From: Octopus sinensis
Taxonomy: Eukaryota
DNA length: 64,000 bases
NCBI RefSeq assembly: GCF_006345805.1
Contig: NC_042999.1
Span: forward strand, 79,174,001 to 79,238,000
Reading direction: 5' to 3'
Both the position numbers and the translations under genes were made by a program. The notes under the pieces are model-generated. The model was not told where the DNA came from, made no database searches, and was given only the letters and a program-made list of their open reading frames with translations. Below are positions 13,104 through 25,733 of this stretch, one piece after another. Position 1 is the stretch's first letter. Each line of letters starts with the position of its first letter.

Positions 13104-13637
13104 CATATATTTTAATGAGGTGTGAAAAAGAAAGTTGTGAATCTAGTAGAGTTATAGGTTCCTCATAAAGATAATATGGACGCCGCTCGGGATCGATAGA
13201 TTGACCGTTATATAAACCCCCTCGAGGAATGTGAAGACGCAAGCTGGAAAGCGGAGCAGTTTCCAATCGAAGTCGGATGTAGAGGGTTTGTTGGACACAG
13301 TGTGAGTAGACTGTTGTTATCGTTAGGCCTAACTCATTGTAAAGTAAATGCCACCATGACCGATATCGAAACTACAGTAGAAAAGGCTAGCCACTGGATT
13401 TGGTTAAAAAGAGACGATGAGCGATGGCTAGAATAATATTGAGACTTATTTGATAACCAGTTGATCTAGCAAGCGGGGCCTCATACCAGTGAAGGGGCCG
13501 GTGCGCATTGATGCCGTCCAGAAGTACACCCCGAAACGGCGCGCATTCTCTCCTGATGACCCAATACATCTGCTTGCATCTGGTTTGCGGAGCTTTCGAC
13601 TGGTAGCACTTGCATGAGCAAGTTGTTTGTAAAACAG

Positions 13638-13640
<3 letters not shown>
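13104..13640 (+). mobile_element. Hero-like 3' end, copy 2 (594-bp tandem duplicate)
   Basis: Same sequence as 12510-13046 offset by 594 bp. I could see only one substitution (gaaaccacag vs gaaactacag). Confidence 0.9.
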
Positions 13641-13688
<48 letters not shown>

Positions 13689-13788
13689 ATATATATTTAT
13701 AAACAATTGCAGCGCGGAAGGTGTTTATAGACCATTTAAAAAACACACAAAAACCGTTCGATTCCCTTCAACGTTCAAATTTAAATTG

Positions 13789-13835
13789 TGTCAAAATATT
13801 TTCGTCGCTTTGAAACCGCGACCTGTTCACTGACA
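13789..13835 (-). ncRNA. Minimal type I hammerhead ribozyme with G3-C8 swapped core (left arm of foldback)
   Basis: Minus strand reads UGUCA | GUGAACA | G | GUCGC GGUUUCAAA GCGAC | GAAA AUAUU | U | UGACA. Stem I is 5/5 Watson-Crick and stem II is 5/5. Stem III is the palindrome AAUAUU. The predicted cut is between 13794 and 13793. Confidence 0.75.
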
Positions 13836-13841
13836 AAATTC

Positions 13842-13888
13842 TGTCAGTGAACAGGTCGCGGTTTCAGACTGACGAAAATATTTTGATA
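13842..13888 (+). ncRNA. Minimal type I hammerhead ribozyme with G3-C8 swapped core (right arm of foldback)
   Basis: UGUCA | GUGAACA | G | GUCGC GGUUUCAGA CUGAC | GAAA AUAUU | U | UGAUA. Stem I is 5 bp with one G-U. Stem II is 4 bp with one G-U. Stem III is the same palindrome as in the left arm. Confidence 0.68.
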
Positions 13889-13942
13889 CAAATTAAATTT
13901 AAATATTGAAGTGAATTTAACAGTTTTTGTGTATCTTTTAAA

Positions 13943-14103
13943 TCCTTTTCTACTCTAGGCACACGATCAACTCCAGTATGCAACTAGTACTTATTTTATC
14001 GACCTCGAAAGGATGAAAGGCAAAGTCGAACTTGGCAGGATTTGAACCCAGAACGGAATGGTAGACGAAATACCGCTAAGCATTTCGCCCAGCTCGCCAC
14101 CTT
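13943..14103 (-). mobile_element. SINE family B abutting the right end of the foldback
   Basis: tactctaggcac...atcgacctcgaaaggatgaaaggcaaagtcga...gaaataccgctaagcatttcgccc. Confidence 0.82.
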
Positions 14104-14539
14104 TGTGGGTCTTTTAAATGTGTGTGTGTGTGTGTGTGTGTGTGTATGCATATATGTGTATACGGACCATTTCTATCTATTACATAGACATATTAGAAAC
14201 TAATGTAATTACTACAAGACACAAAAAGCAGAAATTCAGCAGAAATCTCTGATGATTTCCCAATAATTCTCTGGAAAAAGTCACGTATATCTCTTGCAGG
14301 TCAGTTCAGTAATTTGTCCAGAGCTTGCATAAAATCGTAAATTCCTTCAAAACCTGATAGAAGGCGTAATATGTTTTAGTTGTCGAAGAGGAAACAGTTG
14401 AGATGTTAACGAATTATAGCTAGGAAAACCCAATGATGTACCTACAAAAATAATCTTAGTGATCACAACACAGTTTCTTATCAGACAGAGCCTGTGTCAC
14501 TCTGGTGTTTCAAAATCATGACTTGAGCAGTTTCTCAAT

Positions 14540-15190
14540 AAATCTTAAATATATATGTTGAGCCAAGGTATTGCAAATGCTTTCGACATTGTTGATCGCA
14601 TGACAGTATGCAACGTCGTGATCTCGGTAGAATCTTAAACCTACGTGTATGACTGCATGACTTCCAAAGTAGTAGGAGCCAAAGTGCTTTCTCTGAATAG
14701 TCAACAATTCAAAGTGGGGTACCTCAGGGAACTGATTCGTACCATTATTGTTGGTAATGGTTCAGTAAGGGGAGGTTGTCAGTATAGTCACACTCACAAT
14801 CTATGCAGATGATACGGAACCATAAAAAACGATTAGCAAAAAAGCCTCGAAGAAAATATGAACAGAAGATGCTAGATACCGCATACAGAAGGGCGAAAGG
14901 GTTTGTGCGGTTCTGGAGGTGAAACTTTGGAGGACGAAAATAGGGGAAACGAAAATCAGAAGTAAAAGTAACACGTGACCTCTCTGCTCCGAATAAAGAA
15001 AAGAAAAAGAAGCCATCGTTGTAGCGGTAGAAAAGGGAACATGAAAAGGACCCGTGCTTGCTAACTAATGTTTGGAATGTGTTGACGAGCGACATAGAAT
15101 CAGTCAGTTGGATGGCAATTTTCTGGATGTGATCTAGCACTGTGCCTGACATGGAGCTATTGCAGTATGATCCATGCTGGTGGTGTAAGT
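14540..15190 (+). mobile_element. Degenerate CR1/L2-type LINE reverse transcriptase fragment
   Basis: In-order RT motifs: (F)ANAFDIVD at ~14572-14595, GVPQG at 14717-14731, IYADDT at 14799-14816 and EKD at ~15043. There are many stops and frameshifts. Confidence 0.72.
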
Positions 15191-16543
15191 ATTTTTTTTT
15201 TGCACTGAATAAAAAAATCAGTCTTTATGATTATGTCATTTTGATTTACCGAAATACAATTTATTTATCTGTAATTAGTCATAGCTTTAGGTTCTGTTTC
15301 AATATTTCGGGTGGATTTTGTTGATGTGAAAAGAGCATTGCCAAAATATGTTCCTTATATTGTGCAAGAATAAAAAATACTCCAAGTAAATGGTGCCACA
15401 ACAAAAGATCATCCCGTGTCTGTTGACAGAGATGTTTAAGGAAAGGTAAAGCAAGTGAGGTAATATTTAAGGATAAAATAATAGAATTCAAAGTACCATT
15501 TTGTGAACTCTCTAGCCCAGTTTTCTTTCTGGCTTCTGTTGGAAATATTGAAGAATATGCTGCCAACCATTCTGATTTCATAGAAGAAATGCTAGCTGCG
15601 CCTAGTAATAATAACAAAACGAAAGAAAACATGAAAACATTGTGATGAATTAAGAACAATAATGCTGCTCTTGTTTTATCATTTGGAGTCCTAAATTATG
15701 GTGGGTGGACGGATGTGTAAGAATGGAAAGTGCAATATACTTGCATTTATACTACACAGAAAATAAAGGAGAAAAACATGGTGTCAGAAAAATACAAATG
15801 TGGCTCCAAACGGGTGTAGCAATTATGTACGGTTAAATTTTTGTCTTTGTTCTATAGAACACAACTTGTAATTCCAGATTTATTCATGAAATAGCCGTCA
15901 CCCAGTCTAACACTATTATCTGGTATTGTAAGTGTCCTTACCGGTTTCTACTCTGCTGTGAACATTCAGGCCAGGACATTGTGAGTGACACATTGCTTTT
16001 TCCCACTAACCTTAGAGGCCCTGTAAAAAATCATGAGCATTTCTTCTGACTAAACAATAAAAAAATCAATATGAGAAAGTCCCAGCTCCAGTGTGTCGTA
16101 ATTTCATTGCTTTAAAGTACTCCTCTTATAGTTATATTCGAGGTTTACATGTGTTTTAGTTTCAGTTAAGTTATTCTTGCGGTTTAGCTTTTCTCACATT
16201 ATACTGCGGGGAGATTTTTAAAAATCGAAACCCAGCGTGCGTTTAACTAAAATACGCATCATATCACTGCAGAAATAAGTGTCACAGCCTCACCACCACT
16301 GATCTACGTAGTCGTTGAACTTGCTGGAAATAGTAGTCAAACCCCACCCCGCATATCGTTCTCCACTTTCTTCAAACATATAGTCCATAATAGTGTTCTG
16401 CGAAAAAGAAGGAGAACATTCACAGCTGACATACATTTCATCTAGGTTTACTTTTTGATCAGGGCCAATCTTTTGAAGAGGGTTGAGGATGGAGGTATAC
16501 AACAACAATAACAACACACACACAAACTTCTTAATATATTTAC

Positions 16544-16752
16544 CTGGTGATGTTGCTCCTAGTTTTCCGTTTAAGATGTTTCCGTTTAAATGATGATGTG
16601 GGTTAGGGATAAGGGTTGGTCCAGGAGATAAATCGTAACCGTAGCTCGGTCTTCGACCCTCCCTTCGGTTACCATCAATGGCTGCCTGCAATTCCTGTGG
16701 GGAGCTGAGTTTTAATTTCTCGCACTCGTATGGGTAGAGGTATTTCATGTAT
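16544..16752 (-). CDS. ARID3: ARID3/dead ringer exon: end of ARID plus extended ARID, YMKYLYPYECEKLKLSSPQELQAAIDGNRREGRRPSYG...GATSP
   Basis: Lies inside ORF 16290..16808. The acceptor is ctatccattgcag|A TAC ATG, which completes CA|A = Gln with the 28056 exon. The donor is CCA G|gtaaat (phase 1). The exon is 209 nt. MKYLYPYECEK and ELQAAIDxNRREGRR are ARID3-specific motifs. Confidence 0.97.
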
Positions 16753-16791
16753 CTGCAATGGATAGTTGACAAAATAGTTGTAGTAGAATTA

Positions 16792-17437
16792 GCTTCAAAT
16801 TTTGGCATAAGGACAACACAATCGGTGCAGCTGGGTAAATCAATTACATCGACCCAGTGCGCAACTGGTAGTTATTTTATTGATCCCGAGAGGAAGAAAG
16901 TCAAAGTCGACTTCGGCGAAATTTGAACTCAGAACATAAAGATGAACAAAATAAAATTAAGCATTTTGTCCGGTGTGCTAACGATTCTGCCAACACATCG
17001 CCTTACTGATGAGTAAAATAGTCTTTCCTACTCTAGGCACAAGGCCTGAAATTTTAGGCGAGTGGGCCAGTCGACTAGATCGACCCCAGTACGCAACTGG
17101 TACTTTAATCTATCGACCCCGAAAGGATGAAAGGCAAAGTCGACCACGGCAGAATTTGTACTCAGAACGTAAAGACAGACGAAATACAGCTTAACTAACG
17201 TTTCTTATTTCTTTTCTGCCCACAAGGGGCTACACAGAGGAGACAAACAAGGAGAGACAAACGGATTAAGTCGATTATATCGACCCCAGTGCGTAACTGG
17301 TACTTATTTAATCGACCCCGAAAGGATGAAAGGCAAATTCGACCTCGGCGGAATTTGAACTCAGAACGTAACGGCAGACGAAATACCGCTAAGTATTTCG
17401 CCCGGTGTGCTAACGATTCTGCCAGCTCGCCGCCTTT
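16792..17437 (-). mobile_element. Three head-to-tail SINE family B copies starting ~40 bp upstream of the 16752 acceptor
   Basis: Copies at 16792-17006, 17021-17190 and 17191-17437. The last is close to consensus and has a different 3' tail. Confidence 0.85.
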
Positions 17438-17939
17438 GATGATTAAAACGTTGCGTAAGAGTTGTAGCTGTTGTTCTTGTGCATGCGGATATAAATATTA
17501 TTGTTGCTGTGATAACGATAGTATAGCCATAAGCCGTAAGCTGACCATCCTTCTTGGATTTGGTAGACGGATTGTGTGTGAATATGCGTGTGGGCGTGTA
17601 TGTGTGTGTGTTGGGGTGTGTTTGTGCATATTTGGATTATTTTGTTTTATCATGTTGTCCTTCAATTGTTTAGCGGGATCCACTCAGTTACATATAGTTT
17701 TGTACACATAACACTAACCTTAAAATAATTTCCCTGCGTTCGACTCGGGGGCCCTGCAAGGGACCATGTAAGTAGTCCCTTTTTTCTTACTAAACCATAC
17801 ATACATTATGACTATCTATCTATCTATTTATCTATCTATCTACATCCACCTGTGTTATATGTGTACATACATTATGTGTGTGTGCATGTGTGTGTGTACA
17901 TATATGACTGTAAATACATACATACATACACACACACAC

Positions 17940-18011
<72 letters not shown>

Positions 18012-18024
18012 AATTTTTAACGTG

Positions 18025-18242
18025 ATGAGATAAAAAAACCAAGGCTGTGTAGATAGAACATTGTACACATCTTTTTTTTTAATTCTCATTACGCAAAAAA
18101 TTCTTATAGACACACGCTGACATGTGACCAACGTTGAACCCCTTATTCGCAAAATCACCGAACCTGGAACTTAACTATGGTGTGTCTATAGCACTTATTT
18201 AAGCATTACCTGACACCTTTGGGTCTCAATGACACCAGTACC
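18025..18242 (-). mobile_element. Repeat of the same family as 35395-35680, flanked by (TA)n
   Basis: cacgctgacat...ccaacgttgaaccc...ttattcgcaa...ccgaacctggaacttaactatggt...tctcaatgacacc matches the reverse complement of 35400-35525. Confidence 0.6.
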
Positions 18243-18243
18243 T

Positions 18244-18283
<40 letters not shown>

Positions 18284-18798
18284 TATATATTTTCTATTCG
18301 CAACAAAGTGACTCAAGGGCAGAGAGTTTCGTGCATTACCACTTATCATACATATATATGCATATATGAGTCTGTATATAAATGCATATGTGTGTGTATG
18401 TATGTGAGAGAATATATGTCCCAATGTGTAGATTTTTTGCAGACATGCAAATAATTCACTAGCTGACCACGTGCCGTAAATAATGACGGCTAATTGTAGT
18501 ATTTTATATATAAATAAGGTACAAAATACGGCACATAATAATCTCACATACAAACATTCAAATACTTCACTTGTACATGTACTCACATAAACACATATAC
18601 TCATACAGAGTTGAAACGCTGATTTTTTCACCCCTTCCTACCTTATTAATCTATCACCCCTTCCTTTCTCTCATTGCTATTACTTTCTCTCACTCCCTCT
18701 CAATCAGGCCTATTACTCTCATTACTTCTCTTTCACTAAATTACTATTTTCTCTCCTCCTCCTCCTCCGCGTCCGGCGTGATTCTGGACTAATATATG

Positions 18799-18839
<41 letters not shown>

Positions 18840-18844
18840 ATAAA

Positions 18845-19050
18845 TGCACCCTTTTAAAGCCTAGCCAGGCTCATGGGCCCGGTTTTCCGGTTTCTATGGC
18901 GTACGTGTTCTCCAGCTGGACGGGACGCCAGTCCATCGCAGCGTTACCCATTTTTGTCTGCTGAGTGGACTGGAGCAACGTGAAATGAAGTGCTTTGCTC
19001 AAGAACACAACACGTCGCCCGGTCCAGGAATTGAAACCACATTCGTACGA

Positions 19051-19052
<2 letters not shown>
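18845..19052 (-). mobile_element. SINE, head B (CORE-like body) + tail X, 5' end running into (TA)n
   Basis: Minus strand reads ggtttcaattcctggaccggg...gtgttcttgagcaaagcacttcatttcacgttgctc, followed by tail X. Confidence 0.78.
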
Positions 19053-19132
<80 letters not shown>

Positions 19133-19164
19133 CATACATACATACATATATATATGTATATGCG

Positions 19165-19198
<34 letters not shown>

Positions 19199-19506
19199 AT
19201 ATATATATATGCATATATATACATACAAATATATAAAAACACTACGCTCATTATGCCCCCTGTTACCGAAATTTGACAATTTGCGTTGTCTTTGAGTGCC
19301 TTTGTACTCTTATTCATTCTGCAACTACTTATATGTTGGTATTATATTTAACTCTTAGTATTTTTCATCAGGATTATTATAATTATTATAGTTACCATCG
19401 CCCTTGTGGCAGATATAGGAACAATTTTTATTATCAATACTATCATTGTTATTATCAATATTATTATTATTTAATTTTATGGTTGCGTGTTTGCTTATTG
19501 CTTCAG

Positions 19507-19577
<71 letters not shown>

Positions 19578-19794
19578 ATTATTATTATTTTGGTAACAAG
19601 TTGGATTGCCTGTTTTAATAATTAAGACCAAAAGAATCAGCTAAGTGTGATTCTTGAAGAATCTCAAGAAACACGTTGCCAACTTGGTCTCTAGAGGAAA
19701 GGTTTAATGCAGCGTTTGATAGAATTTCATGAGTTGAAAGAAAGAATGAACGAATTATATATACATGCATACATGCATGCGTGCATATATACAT

Positions 19795-19850
<56 letters not shown>

Positions 19851-19853
19851 CAT

Positions 19854-19936
<83 letters not shown>

Positions 19937-20129
19937 CGTATATTTATACATAAATAGACACACATACATACATGCACATATATATATCACATATACACAG
20001 AGATAATTGGATAAGGTAGGTGCAGACTGATAAATTAGATAGATAGATAAATAGATAAATATAGATCGATAGATTAATAGAGAGATTGATAAATAAATAG
20101 ATAGACAGACACACACAGACAGGCAGATG

Positions 20130-20201
<72 letters not shown>

Positions 20202-20426
20202 TGCTGGAAAAGAGTGTGCTAGATTAATGGTTAGATAGAGAAGTTTTATATCTTCTAAATAAGCGTAACTTTGATCAGGTGAGAACGAAAATGCAGTTCA
20301 CTGAGGAGGAGCAAGTGGTGGAGGAGTGTGCGAAAATAGGAGAAATGAGAAAAAGAATATGAAACGCAAAGCTAAATCACATACATTGTTTACACTTAAA
20401 CACTGGTAATATTACACACATAGGCC

Positions 20427-20457
<31 letters not shown>

Positions 20458-20472
20458 GTATATATATATATA

Positions 20473-20523
<51 letters not shown>

Positions 20524-20544
20524 ATATATATATATATATTATTT

Positions 20545-20820
20545 GTCGCTGTGCGTGGCCTAGTAGTGAAGATGTTGCACACACAATCGCAAGATCGTGG
20601 TTTCAATTCCTGGACCGGGTGGTGCATTGTGTTCTTGCGCAAAACACTTCATCTTACATTGCTCTGCGATCACTTTGACGCCTGACGAGTGGTACACCGC
20701 ACACCTGCTCGGAAACGTTGATTTTTATAGAAGGGCGGAGCTAATATACACTACATACATTTGATCACTATAAACAAACCAGTTGAGCAGGTCTGCTCAG
20801 CAAGAAATTACAGAACCTTT
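20545..20820 (+). mobile_element. SINE, head B (CORE-like body) + tail Z
   Basis: tggcctagtagtg...ggtttcaattcctggaccggg...gtgttcttgcgcaaaacacttcatcttacattgctc, followed by an unrelated tail. Confidence 0.75.
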
Positions 20821-21189
20821 TTTTCTCGGACTACGAGAGACTCTTTTCGTTATATTATTTAATAACTGGCTTCTGGTTCCAGTCATTTGAGTGAACCCAT
20901 TACCTAGACATCGCCTTCAAGTACCTAGTCGATTACGCCTAGCGTAATACATATTTAATTTGGTTCTTATTTTTTTATCACTAGTTTTCACCATATTGCA
21001 GCATACCGCGAGCCGCAACATAATCAACACTCCTTTTCAGAGCAGTGAAACATAGATAGTGAAAACAACACAACACTCTCACGCGCGTAAAGTGTGTGCA
21101 TTTGAATGTGTATGTGAATGTGTGTATCAATTAGATATGAGTATGCGTCTGTAAGTATATGTTTGTGATATTGTTTTCTAAATATTCTT

Positions 21190-21636
21190 TACAAATTTTT
21201 GGCACAGGTTCAATAATTTCAGGAAAGGGGATAAGCCATTTACATCGACCCCAATGTTCAACTGGTTCTTATTTTATCGATCCCGAAAGGGGTGAAAGTC
21301 AAAATCAACTACAGTAGAATTTTAACCTAAAACATAAAGACGGACGAAATGCCGCTAAGCATTTTGTCAAGTTTGCTAACGATTCTGCCAGCTGTCCACC
21401 TTATATTGATTTATAAATATTGGTTTCAAATTTTGGCACAGGGCCAGCAATTTTGAGGGAGGGCGTATGTCGATTACATCGATCCCAGTCCTCAACTGGT
21501 ACTTATTTTATCGACCCTGAAAGGGGGTGAAAGGCAAAGTCAATCTCAGTAGATTTAAAATTAGAATGTAAAGACGGAAGAAATGCCACTAAGCATTTTG
21601 TCCGGTATGCTAATGATTCTACCAGCTCGCCGCCTT
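21190..21636 (-). mobile_element. Two head-to-tail SINE family B copies
   Basis: Copies at 21190-21402 and 21419-21636. Confidence 0.82.
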
Positions 21637-23339
21637 CAATATTGGTTTATAAATATTGTAATTCTTAAATTTCTATGGATATTTGAAATTCCATAGATAA
21701 ACGGAAGAATGAACTGGTCTACGTATCATAATAAATAATAAAATTCTGAAGTAATTCCTAAAACACGCTTAATATACAACGTCCAATTTTCGGAAGAGAA
21801 ATTTAATTTATGCCAGTAAATTAGTAAAAATAGTTAAAAAAATTAAATACGGGGGAAAAAAAAATTAGTGTGAGAACTTTCTAAGCGAGTATGTCGTCAT
21901 TTTGTTGTTAACGTAATATTGAATTGTAAATTAAAATAAAATTATTTGCCGTTTCTCATTTATTCTGACGGAAGAAAGCATTCATAGAAATTGATATTTA
22001 TGTTATATGCAAATGTTTTGTAGGGAAAGAAATACAGCGATTAACTCCTCTTTTTTTTTCCTATATTAGACGTTTATGCCAAAATTCTAATTAAGTTGAT
22101 TCACGATTTCTCGCCAGAGGTAAAAGAATAAAGTTAAACAGAATGAAAGAATAAAAGAAATAATAATAAAAAATAATAATCGCAAAACCTGCTTCACTTT
22201 ATTATATTTTAGGCTTGCAATTGCAACAGGCATGTTTGTTGTCATTTACCTTAATTATTATCAGCATTATCATCATCATTATCATCCTCATCATCACTGC
22301 TGCTGCTATTGCTTTTCTTCATGGTGTTTTTTTTTTTTGATTTTCTACGTATTAATATTGCTGTTGGCAGTTTTAATTTTTTTTTCCAAGTTTTATCTTC
22401 CACGTGTCAGTTTAACCTCGGTGTTATTTAAAAATCTCTATTTATTATTTAGTTTCGTCAGGCAACTGGTATTAGCTGGAAAGCCGGGGAGGCGAGGAGG
22501 AACAAGAGGAAGAGGAGAAAAGGAGGAAAGGAGGAGGAAAATGAACATGAACTGTGAGAGGAAATGAGTTATATTCTGAATCAATGTACCTCACTCTAAA
22601 TTAAAACCTGATTACTTTACTATTTCCTCCATCACCTTTCTTGCTTAAATAAGAACCAGTAATACACAACGGTGTGTTAAAACAATTGTAAATCCTTCAC
22701 TCTAAATTATAGTATTATGCATAATGTAGCAAAATCCGTATATTTTTAACCGGCCTTGTTAAGTTGCAGTCTGTTTACATACGGAATGATAAATAGACGT
22801 TCGCTTTCGATTAAATTGAGAACAATCAAGAGAATACTTACCAGTGGAAAATCTCTTTTAATCCTACAATCGTCAAAGGATTTCAAGTAATCTCATCATT
22901 CGCAGATAAAGCCAAACTATTTGTTAGAACTTTGCATCAAATTCCACGCTAGAGTATTCTAACCATTCTTTTCAGAATTTCCCACGCTTACTAAAATAGC
23001 TTTATTTTTAAATTTAGAATATCTGCCTGGAAATTTTCTAAAATCATAAATGATATTCAGCAACTGGTCCTGGTCAAATGCTTCTCATTTTTTTTAAAGA
23101 ACTTACCCTTGAAATTACTTGAATTCTAGCGAAGTTTTTAATCATTGTCTTAAGAAAAAGTTTGCTTTCCTAGTTTTTGAAACATTCCGTAGTTTGCCAA
23201 TTTATAAAGAATCCTGTTGAGCGTATTGAGCGTCTTCCCCATTTCAATATACGCCAATTAACCTGCCTAACATCAAAAGAAAAATAACTCTTTCATTAAC
23301 AACCATGTCATTAAACACATGAATAAAACTAATTTTTTT

Positions 23340-23723
23340 TGGAAGCACTCCGTCGGTTACGACGACGAGAGTTCCGGTTGATCCGATCAACGGAACAGCC
23401 TGCTCGTGAAATTAACGTGTAAGTGGCTGAGCACTCCACAGACACGTGTATCCTTAACGTAGTTCTCGGGGATATTCAGCGTGACACAGAGAGTGACAAG
23501 GCCGGCCCTTTGAAATACAGGTACAACAGATACAGGAAGTAAGAGTGAGAGAAAGTTGTGGTGAAAGAGTACAGCAGGGATCACCACCATCCCTGCCGGA
23601 GCCTCGTGGAGCTTTAGGTGTTTTCGCTCAATAAACACTCACAACGTCCGGTCTGGGAATCGAAACCGCGATCCTACGACCGCGAGTCCGCTGCTCTAAC
23701 CACTGGGCCATTGCGCCTCCACG
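23340..23723 (-). mobile_element. tRNA-derived SINE, head A + tail Y
   Basis: The head and body are near-identical to 5770-5966. The tail differs and includes the hairpin gttccggttgatc/cgatcaacggaac. Confidence 0.82.
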
Positions 23724-25625
23724 AATAAAACTAATATATTCAGTTGGAAGCTGTAAGGAGTCTTCTAGACTCCTAATCATCATTCTTAGGACAAGCAGTG
23801 CAATGAATATCAGTTTCGATACTTGTGTTAACTTTGCTTTATACACCTTTGACAAGCTATGGTATAGAGAATTACTTTATAAACTCAACAGCTCTGGCAG
23901 TGTTGTAACAGAGAATAAAAACATTTCCTTGTTTGAATAGGTTCGGTTTTGAATTCGCTCCTGATTTTTACTGAAACTCAAATATTACGTCTGTTGCCTG
24001 AGTGATGATTAGAATAGTGGGGTTGGCTGACCTCTCAAAAATGTTTTCACCTGATGCATTATTGTATCTCTCTAAGAACTGGATATGTCTCCAAAATGGA
24101 ATCCTCCTCTCTCATTTAAGTAGGTTCCTTCAAAAGTGTGCTGTTTACTTGCGACAAAATGCAGATTCAAACGCGTAGTCGGCAATCTTGGTGTTCACTC
24201 CATCACTCCAACCACTCTATCATTGACAGAATGTCGCAAGTCTGACTCTTTTCTTCTGTACTAGTATAAAAGATATTTGTGTGTGCATCAATCAATACAA
24301 GTCCTGCCAGTCCGAAAATTTCGTAGCAGAACTCGGAATACCAAATTTAGCGAATCGCATTACTGTTTCCTGGATAACTTATGAACGCTCAAATTTCTGC
24401 GCACAAAACCATTTTTCCCATAACAGCTGAACTGTGGAATAAATTTTTACCCGATTGTTTTCTTACAAACCACATTAAATTAAGATTTTTACAATTACCT
24501 TTTCCTAATTCTGTCAGTTTTCCTTAATTAAACGTTTTTATCGGTACTTTTATTATCATCTCATTTAATTTCATTGTATTGGCTCCTTTATTGTAAGCTC
24601 ATTTACAGTGTTTCATAATTATCGTTTTTTTTCATTACCATCACATGTATTTTCATTCAAAAATTTTATGAACTAATTTTACTGCCATGTAAAATTATTA
24701 CCTCGTCTATGCATTACTGGAGAATATTTTTGTATTAACGGCGTTCTCACATTCCCATTGTAAAAAAAGTACTTTTAATAGCGTACTTAGAAAGCTTTCG
24801 ATTGAGATAATAAATACGGAGTACTAGGGACGCACTCGAAAATCGATACGGTTTCACATACCTGGATCGGTGATTTAGTATCGCTTCTTCTGCAAAGCTA
24901 TAAATCACAAAACATACAATAGTAACTTGCACTGCAGCACATTTCAGTTCTTGGATGAAGCCAGGAAGGCTACTCTTCACGAATTAATTTCTTTTTATCC
25001 TTCACTAATCTACAGTAATTACTAATTACAAAGTTGTACTATAATATGTAGTGTACATCAGTGACAAAAGAACTATGTTAGATATGAGCTATGCGTACAT
25101 TGAAGGGTAAGGGATCTTAGAGCTCAGAGATAAAATAAAGAGGTAGCATCATGATTTGAAACGGATATTCTATAGTAAGTTGACCGATATTGTATGATAT
25201 AAATATATATATATATATTTCTAGTTGTCAGTTTTGGGACTGAGCAGTAGTATATAGTTATTTGCATATAAAATGCATCGATACGTCTTGCCCTCTCATC
25301 GAATTGACATATCAATTTATATAGATGAAAATACAAAATTAGAAAATCATAATCAACTGACTGCAGGAACAAAATCTCAAAACACACTAAGGTAAAAATG
25401 AAATGAACGTATATCTACGTAAGTTGATTAAATTAAATTACAAGACAGATGTATTGCAGTTAAAAGTCGTGCCAGATTTAATTTGAAAGAGTTGAATTTT
25501 ATATATATATATATGTATATATATAGTAGGTAGGTATTAACAAGTTAGAATTTCTAAGTATACGTATGTTTATATATGTATGTGCATAAATTTGAACATA
25601 TCAACACACACATACGCATATATAT

Positions 25626-25733
<108 letters not shown>

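Larger units (their letters stand above)
13735..13942. repeat. ~208-bp foldback palindrome (inverted duplication of a Penelope-like terminus)
   Basis: A perfect 25-bp inner stem (13811-13835 / 13842-13866, loop aaattc) is followed by imperfect pairing out to tttaaa at both ends. Confidence 0.92.

Noticed and set aside
12424-13746. Minus-strand ORFs METAPLSS... and ...RSTGYQISLNII...
   Set aside because: They are antisense to the Hero-like fragment, and the retroelement motifs are on the plus strand.
16290-16543. ORF continuation past GATSPG (KYIKKFVCV...QWW)
   Set aside because: It follows a consensus donor whose phase matches the next exon, so I treat it as intron read-through.
19053-19215. 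Single-base phase shifts within TA tracts as a coded pattern
   Set aside because: They are seen in most long TA tracts and are best explained by slippage or long-read indel error.
17808-20685. Many ORFs of IY/CV/TH/YLSI repeats (also throughout 25000-63800)
   Set aside because: These are translations of TA, CA, GATA and TATG microsatellites, which lack stop codons by construction.
20681-20720. ctgacgagtggt...cctgctcggaaacgtt, hammerhead-like
   Set aside because: G8 and A9 would be inside the hairpin, stem I does not form, and the sequence is a SINE tail.
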